Origin: a bacterium
GTDB lineage: Bacteria > Patescibacteriota > Minisyncoccia > UBA6257 > GWB1-50-10
DNA length: 64,000 nucleotides
Assembly: GCA_002686365.1 (NCBI GenBank)
Contig: NZBZ01000001.1
Coordinates: 58,405-122,404 of the forward strand
Direction: 5' to 3'
Both the position numbers and the translations under genes were made by a program. A model generated the notes under the pieces. The model was not told the origin of the DNA, did no database searches, and was given only the letters and a program-made list of their open reading frames with translations. This document shows, piece by piece, positions 58,170 to 64,000 of this stretch; positions within the stretch are counted from its first letter, which is position 1, and each line of letters begins with the position of its first letter.

Positions 58170-58332
58170 GGATAAGCTAAAAGTTGGTAAGTTTGTAAGT
58201 TATGAGTTTAAAAGATGTCCATTTGTTGGGCGTTTTTGTTTTTCTCACTACCCTCATTCGTACGAATGAGGGTAGTGATGATTTTTTGTTTAATTGACTT
58301 TTTGGCTGGGTTTTTTGATAATTTTAGTAGAT

Positions 58333-58490
58333 ATTGCTGGTAACGTGTTACGTACTTACTCTGCCTACCCTAAGTACGTCGCGGCTAGCGCGTTGTCAGC
58401 TCGTAATGAGCTTGTGAGATGGTAGCTCATTATGCTTTGAACTCCTCAAAAAAAGCTCCCCTCCTGTGTGTTGGGAGCTTCGTATTTCTG
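58333..58490 (+). ncRNA. Candidate ~155-nt structured small RNA
   Basis: TTGACT...GATAAT promoter-like motif; GCTGGTAACGTGTTA/TAGCGCGTTGTCAGC, CGTACTTA/TAAGTACG, TAATGAGCT/AGCTCATTA, AAGCTCCC/GGGAGCTT. Confidence 0.5.
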
Positions 58491-58545
58491 TAAAGAAAAT
58501 CCCTCACAACGGATGCGAGGGCTTATGGGTGTGCCGTAGGCTCGG

Positions 58546-58893
58546 CTACGACGTGAGAGGCAGGGGCGCTGCCTGAGCTGCCTCCGGAGGCGTGGTGATG
58601 ACGAGATCAACACGCATCGGCGTTTGCGGAGCCGTGGCAGGACTAACGGTATCCATAAGTCTGCTCATGCGGGCGATCAACTCTTGAAGCTCGGGGTGCA
58701 GAGTGCTTTCCGTTGTCATGGCATGAACTGCCGGAATCAGCTGCTGGTAGCAATCTCGACATATTCCGCCTGCTTCTCTGACATGCGTTGAGCACCGCTT
58801 CGTGTCGGCTTTGTGTGCCTCCAAGGTTTTGTCAAACTGTTCCACCAGCGCATCCAGGCAGTCTTTGAAGTCCGTTGGCACCTCAATCAGCAT
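58546..58893 (-). CDS. Hypothetical protein with CxxH...CxxC zinc motif (115 aa)
   Basis: SD AAGGAG before ATG 58893; promoter TTGACA-17-TACAGT. Confidence 0.7.
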   Translation of the reverse strand: MLIEVPTDFKDCLDALVEQFDKTLEAHKADTKRCSTHVREAGGICRDCYQQLIPAVHAMTTESTLHPELQELIARMSRLMDTVSPATAPQTPMRVDLVITTPPEAAQAAPLPLTS

Positions 58894-59138
58894 TTCACTA
58901 TCTCCTTCTCTGGCAGACCGGGAACGACAAAGCGCCAAGCTTCGGCACTTCCGGCTACCAAAGAAGAAGTCTGGGTTTTCAACGTGCTGTGGCATTCTAC
59001 CACATGAGGTGTGTTTACTGTAACACGTAAGTAGTTTTTTGTCAATAGGAGGCAGGAAGTGGACAAGAAACAGTCGTGGAGACAGCGCCGAGAGAAATCC
59101 GGAGGCTGATTCCCTTTAGGTCAGACCCCCTGTGGACG

Positions 59139-59228
59139 CTACTTCAGTATGACCATTCTTCGTCTTGCTCGACGACGATGCGCCTGACTGGAGCAAGGCA
59201 TGCGACGCCTGGTCTTGGCCATGGCCAT
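59139..59228 (-). CDS. 29-aa Arg-rich peptide MAMAKTRRRMPCSSQAHRRRARRRMVILK
   Basis: SD AAGGAG; TGGTAGAAT extended -10 near 59308-59316. Confidence 0.55.
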   Translation of the reverse strand: MAMAKTRRRMPCSSQAHRRRARRRMVILK

Positions 59229-59379
59229 GGGACGAACTCCTTGCGGCGATATTTGAGTCCAGCTGGACTCCTGTGACGCAGAGGCAGCTCCCGCCCCTCC
59301 GTGCCTAATTCTACCATAATGATTAAAATTTACGCGGGAGCATGTTGATTACTTTTCCTGTTTTTTGAAACCCTTATAT

Positions 59380-60621
59380 TTATTCTAAATATTTTCGCGC
59401 TTTTAATTTTTTTGGAAGGTAGTCCTGTTTAGCGTCCTCTTTATTTTTGAATTCCGGAGTGTACTTGTACCCCTTGCTGTGGCCAAGATTTTTCATAAGG
59501 CGGGTTGGAGCATTTCTTAAGTGCAAGGGGACTGACTCTGATGGAAGCTCCTTAATATCTTCTTTTACTTTCCCGTAGGCAGAGTAGAGCGCATTACTTT
59601 TTTTGGACTTTGCCATATAGACTACGGCTTGCGCGAGATTTATTTCACACTCTGGCATACCTATATAGTGAGCGGCCTCGTATGCAGCTATCGCCTGAGT
59701 AAGCGCTAATGAGTTTGCAATACCAATATCTTCTGATGCAAAACGGATCAAACGGCGGGCAACATATAATGGGTCTTCCCCGCCTTCTAACATTCTTCCC
59801 ATCCAATACAAAGAAGCGTCTGCGTCTCCCCCGCGCATAGATTTATGCAAAGCAGAGATAATGTTGTAGTGCTCATCTCCTGCTCTGTCATACAAAAGAT
59901 GGGTCCTTTGCAAAGCTTCTTTTATTTCCTCGATTGTGATTTTGATTTTTCCTTTTGAGGGCCTTATTGCGTTTGCTGCAAGCTCAAGCGCATTAAGCGC
60001 AACACGGGCATCTCCATTTGCCATTTCTGCGAGAAAGTTCAGGGCATCTTCTTTTATATTGATTTTTTTCTTACCAAGCCCCCTTTGTTTGTCTATTAGG
60101 GCACGCTTCAAGATGAGCTCTATATCCTGAGCTTCGAGCGCATTTAGAACAAAAACCCTGCTTCGTGAAAGTAGGGCTGATATTACCTCAAAGCTCGGGT
60201 TTTCAGTTGTTGCGCCAATAAAAACTACTGTGCCGTCTTCTACGTGCGGGAGGAGCGCGTCCTGCTGACGTTTGTTAAAACGATGAATCTCATCTATGAA
60301 TAGGATTGTTTCTTGTTTATATGCTTTCTTATATTCCTTTGCCTTTTCTACAATGTTTTTTATATCCTTTACGCCTGCGGTTACTGCGCTTATCTGTTCG
60401 AAGTGAGAGTTTGTCTTTTCTGCAATGATGCGGGCGAGGGTAGTTTTTCCAGATCCCGGAGGACCCCAGAGGATGATTGAGGGGATGCTGTCACGCTCAA
60501 TAGCCTTGCGAAGGAGCGAGTCTCTGCCAACCACATGCTCCTGTCCCACAAAGTCTCCAAATTTTTTCGGTCGTATTTTTTCGGCCAATGGTATGCTTTT
60601 CTCATATGTTTCTTCCTTCAT
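59380..60621 (-). CDS. rarA: Replication-associated recombination protein A
   Basis: [37 protein letters not shown]. Confidence 0.96.
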   Translation of the reverse strand: MKEETYEKSIPLAEKIRPKKFGDFVGQEHVVGRDSLLRKAIERDSIPSIILWGPPGSGKTTLARIIAEKTNSHFEQISAVTAGVKDIKNIVEKAKEYKKAYKQETILFIDEIHRFNKRQQDALLPHVEDGTVVFIGATTENPSFEVISALLSRSRVFVLNALEAQDIELILKRALIDKQRGLGKKKINIKEDALNFLAEMANGDARVALNALELAANAIRPSKGKIKITIEEIKEALQRTHLLYDRAGDEHYNIISALHKSMRGGDADASLYWMGRMLEGGEDPLYVARRLIRFASEDIGIANSLALTQAIAAYEAAHYIGMPECEINLAQAVVYMAKSKKSNALYSAYGKVKEDIKELPSESVPLHLRNAPTRLMKNLGHSKGYKYTPEFKNKEDAKQDYLPKKLKARKYLE

Positions 60622-60661
60622 TATGATTTACGTCTAAGAACCCTTTTTGTAACGCTTATCT

Positions 60662-61342
60662 TTATATCATTCCTGTGATTTGAGGTTTTTCCGGAATAAT
60701 TTCAATGTCTTCCTGCGGTTTTGCTTTTATTGTGTGAAGAACTTTGCCTAATACCTTAAAGTCTTTTTTCATAATAATCTGCTTGTATGAACCAATAGAG
60801 GTTACAGGGTCTAGAATGACTGCATCTTTTGTAAATGATATTTTCTTGATTACTGCCATGCCGTCTATGACTGCTGCGATAATATCTCCTTCTTCTACCT
60901 CGTCCATAAGTTCTACGAGTACGAGATCGCCATCCTCAATGCCTGCGTCCTGCATGGATAGGCCCAGAGCTCGAATGACAATGACTTCGTTTTGTTTTTG
61001 CTCACCCAGAATACTTTGGGCTATTTGAACAAATTCATTAAAGGACTCTTCTGCATAAACATTTAGACTTCCGCAGGCCGCAGCTCCCACGACTGGCAGT
61101 GTTATGGTTTCACCATGAATATCATTTGTTGGATCAAGAAGCTTGATATTACGGCTCTTTCCTTTGATACGCGCTATAAAGCCTTTTTTCTCAAGCGTTT
61201 CAAGATACTGAGTGATTGTTCTTGTTGAGGAGACTCCTAGCTCCTTTTTTAATTCAAAAATGGTAGGGGACTGGCTTGTTTTTGAAATATAAGTTTCGAT
61301 TGTTTTCAAAACTTCAGCCTGTTTTTTTGTTAATGTATTCAT
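60662..61342 (-). CDS. lexA: LexA repressor
   Basis: LTKKQAEVL..PTIFEL wHTH; S24 peptidase GLSM and VIKK; directly upstream of rarA. Confidence 0.85.
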   Translation of the reverse strand: MNTLTKKQAEVLKTIETYISKTSQSPTIFELKKELGVSSTRTITQYLETLEKKGFIARIKGKSRNIKLLDPTNDIHGETITLPVVGAAACGSLNVYAEESFNEFVQIAQSILGEQKQNEVIVIRALGLSMQDAGIEDGDLVLVELMDEVEEGDIIAAVIDGMAVIKKISFTKDAVILDPVTSIGSYKQIIMKKDFKVLGKVLHTIKAKPQEDIEIIPEKPQITGMI

Positions 61343-61539
61343 ACGTTAAGACTTAGGATATAAGACATATGATTTAGAATGTTCGACTTTTTCATTTGTG
61401 TATGTTGTGTATCTCTATTATACACAAATTTGAGAATACGTGCTCCCTTCCCTGTGGACAACTTTTTGGGGGCGATGATGCGTTATTTGTTATCAAAAAC
61501 GACCCCTAATAAAGACGGGGTCGTTTTTGATTAGAGTTT

Positions 61540-61983
61540 TTATTTTATAATCTCTACGAGCTCTACCTCAAAATGAAGCGTGGAGTTTGGCGGAATGCTT
61601 GGCCTTCCCTGTTCTCCGTATGCAAGATGCGAAGGTATTATCAGATTTCGCTTCCCGCCCACTTTCATTCCTGGAATTCCCTGTTCCCATCCCTTAATAA
61701 CCATTCCTACTCCCACTTGGTACTCAAGCGGGTCTCCTCTCTCAACAGAACTATCGAATACTGTTCCATCATCTAGCGTGCCTGTGTAATGAATCCTTAC
61801 AGTGTCTTCATTTTTTACTTCATCTCCGGTTCCCTCTTCAATATCTTCGATTTGAAGCTCTGCGAGGCCCGTTTCAACAACTGGCGCTGCTCGCTCAGGT
61901 CTTTCTCCTCTTAACCAGAGAGCCGCTCCAATTGCAACTACTGAAATGATGATGAGTATAATGAATAGGCTTTTTGTTTCCAT
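61540..61983 (-). CDS. FKBP-type peptidyl-prolyl isomerase with N-terminal anchor
   Basis: HYTGTL, FDSS, VIKGWEQG, IPPNSTLHFEVEL. Confidence 0.95.
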   Translation of the reverse strand: METKSLFIILIIISVVAIGAALWLRGERPERAAPVVETGLAELQIEDIEEGTGDEVKNEDTVRIHYTGTLDDGTVFDSSVERGDPLEYQVGVGMVIKGWEQGIPGMKVGGKRNLIIPSHLAYGEQGRPSIPPNSTLHFEVELVEIIK

Positions 61984-61999
61984 ATTGTTTTTATAATTA

Positions 62000-63538
62000 T
62001 TAATCTCGACTTTTTAGGACGCTTTTGAATATCAAGTATACCAGAACTAGAATGACTATAAAAAGAAGAAGCTTCCCTGTTCTAGAAGATACTGCTCGTA
62101 CTATCTTATCCAGCACTTTTTGCGGTGCTTCCTTAATCACTTCTTTTATGGTCTTTGGCTCTTCAGGCTTTTCTGGAAGCGGCTCTGGTTTAACTTCATC
62201 AGGAATTTCTATTACTGGCCTATCAGGTTTTGGTTCTGGTTTTATTTTTGGCTCTTCTTCCGGGGGGAGCACAGGCTCTTCTTTTTCCGGCTCTTTTGGC
62301 TCTTCTATAAGAGGTATTATTACTTGAAATTCTACAGGTGAGCTTGAGGGACTTAAGACGTTTTCTATTTGTACTTGCGTTTGTATTCTATAGAGACCTT
62401 GTGCAAGAGTACGCGTTGGTATTTCAAATTCATACTGTCCTGTTTCATCTGTTTGAATTCTTCCAATGGGCTCCTCCCTGTCTCCTACTTTTACGAGAAC
62501 TTCCTGATTAGGAATACTTTCTCCTCGTACTACTACTGACTTACCCTGCTCAACTTTTTCTTTTTCAATACTAATTGTTGGAGGAACTATTATATCTTTT
62601 ACTTCTGTTGTTTTTCCTATGGGAACTGAGGTTTCTAGAGATATTGGAGAGGAGATACGTCCCACTCGGTCTATTACGTATATAGAGAAGTCATAGATCG
62701 CAGATCTGATGTTTTCAAGTAAGATAGAAAATTCATCATCACCACCAGTAAATGTAGATGTTGTAACTTCTCCCTCCTTCAAAATGAATACAGTGCTCTC
62801 AGGGGGTGCCTGTCCCTCGAATATAATGTTTGTGAGTGGTCGGTCTGGAGAAACTCCTCCTAGTCCCCCTACAATTACACTTTCTATTACAACTACCTCT
62901 TCTGTTGTTGTTGCTTCTCCTGCACCTGAACTTGCTGATACCTGATCTACTATAGCTATCATTGCCGTGCCTTCATCGAGTGTGTCGCTAGAGGAGTTTT
63001 GAGTTTCTACACCCATTGTATAAGAAGTTACTGCGCTTGGGTTTGTTATCTGAACATCTCCTGTTTCTCCTTCTTCTGCGTTTGTGCCGATTTCTACTGC
63101 AATTGTGCTTGAGCCTGCGACTGCGTCAGTGTCATTTAGCGTAAATGTAATAGAGCCCGATGTTCCCGTTGTAACAGACACTCCTACTGCGCTGTCTGCG
63201 CCTGTGCCTGCAGATGAATCAAGCGTGAGATCTACACTGTCATCTTTTAAATCTATATCTGTATAATCGAGTCCTGCGGGAATTGTAAACTGTCCTGCCT
63301 GCGGAGTAATGATAATTTTTCCTGAAGCGGGTATTTCTGCTGCTATTGTGAATTGAATTGTATGGTTTGCAGAGGTGCTTGGAGCAGAGGTGGAGATAAT
63401 ATCACTTATACTTGTGACTGCTGCTGCTTGTGTTGCTATGGGCAAAAACGCAAAACTGAGGCAAAATAGAAACGCAAAACTGACGCAAAACTTTCTGCGT
63501 TTGTTCTGCGTCTTGTTCTGCGTCTGTTTAGTGATCAT
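62000..63538 (-). CDS. Cell-surface protein with Ig-like repeats, Pro/Glu stalk and C-terminal TM
   Basis: Signal peptide, Ser/Thr-rich beta domains, EPKEPE linker, terminal hydrophobic helix. Confidence 0.8.
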   Translation of the reverse strand: MITKQTQNKTQNKRRKFCVSFAFLFCLSFAFLPIATQAAAVTSISDIISTSAPSTSANHTIQFTIAAEIPASGKIIITPQAGQFTIPAGLDYTDIDLKDDSVDLTLDSSAGTGADSAVGVSVTTGTSGSITFTLNDTDAVAGSSTIAVEIGTNAEEGETGDVQITNPSAVTSYTMGVETQNSSSDTLDEGTAMIAIVDQVSASSGAGEATTTEEVVVIESVIVGGLGGVSPDRPLTNIIFEGQAPPESTVFILKEGEVTTSTFTGGDDEFSILLENIRSAIYDFSIYVIDRVGRISSPISLETSVPIGKTTEVKDIIVPPTISIEKEKVEQGKSVVVRGESIPNQEVLVKVGDREEPIGRIQTDETGQYEFEIPTRTLAQGLYRIQTQVQIENVLSPSSSPVEFQVIIPLIEEPKEPEKEEPVLPPEEEPKIKPEPKPDRPVIEIPDEVKPEPLPEKPEEPKTIKEVIKEAPQKVLDKIVRAVSSRTGKLLLFIVILVLVYLIFKSVLKSRD

Positions 63539-63891
63539 ATTTGTTTTCTTCTCCAGTCCAGATAAAAGTTTGTGCCAAGCAGTACAAATAAAACGCCTGC
63601 TACTCCAATAATAAGGTAGAGCAGCTGTTCATTAATATTTACAGCTTCTGTATTTAAAGTCTCTTCTCGGATTTTTAACTCCTCCTCCTTTTGGACGAGC
63701 TCTTTCTCTTTTTCATCAAGCTGTTGAGCTATGCTGTTATACGGATTTGGTTCTACACCAACCATCACTCCAACTTGTCCCAGAAGGCTGTTTTTTAAGA
63801 GCTTGGGGTTTGTTCTGAGAATAATGTGCGTTCCCATCATTATTATGAGCACCCCAAGAAACGCAGTAAGAAGTTTTGTCTTTTTCCTCAT
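63535..63891 (-). CDS. Membrane protein with two TM helices and a coiled coil
   Basis: VGVEPNPYNSIAQQLDEKE...NFYLDWRR. Confidence 0.75.
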   Translation of the reverse strand: MRKKTKLLTAFLGVLIIMMGTHIILRTNPKLLKNSLLGQVGVMVGVEPNPYNSIAQQLDEKEKELVQKEEELKIREETLNTEAVNINEQLLYLIIGVAGVLFVLLGTNFYLDWRRKQI

Positions 63892-63908
63892 AGACTTATG
63901 GTATCTTG

Positions 63909-64000
63909 TCACGCGAAGAGGAGCAAGAGCAGGAAGATTGCTATTGAGATTGCAAACATTGTGAGTGTTGTTTTTATGAGTTTTGCGAAAAATCCCCTCC
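63909..64000 (-). CDS. 3' end of a membrane protein (partial)
   Basis: ...EGFFAKLIKTTLTMFAISIAIFLLLLLFA*. Confidence 0.45.
   Translation of the reverse strand, partial: RGFFAKLIKTTLTMFAISIAIFLLLLLFA

Noticed and set aside
59048-59320. tmRNA
   Set aside because: No tRNA-Ala-like acceptor or T-arm; the ORF has its own SD and ATG.
21-63964. Many antisense or overlapping ORFs in the track (e.g. 429-1112+, 7178-7768-, 8529-9173+, 38684-39379+, 44866-45405+)
   Set aside because: They shadow well-supported genes on the other strand or frame and show no motifs.
1-64000. Genetic code 25 (TGA = Gly)
   Set aside because: TGA ends conserved genes at expected positions (smc, rnhB, tmk, dcd) and core ORFs are uninterrupted under code 11.

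Overview
This window looks like the chromosome of a Patescibacteria (CPR) bacterium, probably Parcubacteria. Supporting signs: no rpmD in the spc operon, no rplA after rplK, short ThrS, SMC and L3, and TGA used as a stop. An AT-rich housekeeping backbone (str/S10/spc operons, dnaE, gyrB, topA, gatB, thrS, lexA/rarA, three tRNAs) is interrupted by short GC-rich accessory units. Best candidate for an undescribed system: 5.7-11.3 kb holds four tandem minus-strand cassettes, each a sigma70 promoter, a leader peptide missed by the ORF track, an antiterminator/terminator pair and cargo genes. The leaders are Phe-rich (FFFGFFF), Leu-rich (LLLNLLL), Ile/Lys-rich and Pro/branched-chain-rich. The cargo is not a biosynthetic operon. 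It is an atypical DAHP synthase, a stand-alone LeuA regulatory domain and orphan proteins. Accessory genes carry strong Shine-Dalgarno sites while housekeeping genes mostly do not. Also present: a ~400-nt highly paired ncRNA candidate, several micropeptide units, a covarying 40-bp palindrome in three copies, and hairpin elements inserted exactly at start codons. All calls come from reading the sequence by eye; no searches or folding programs were run.
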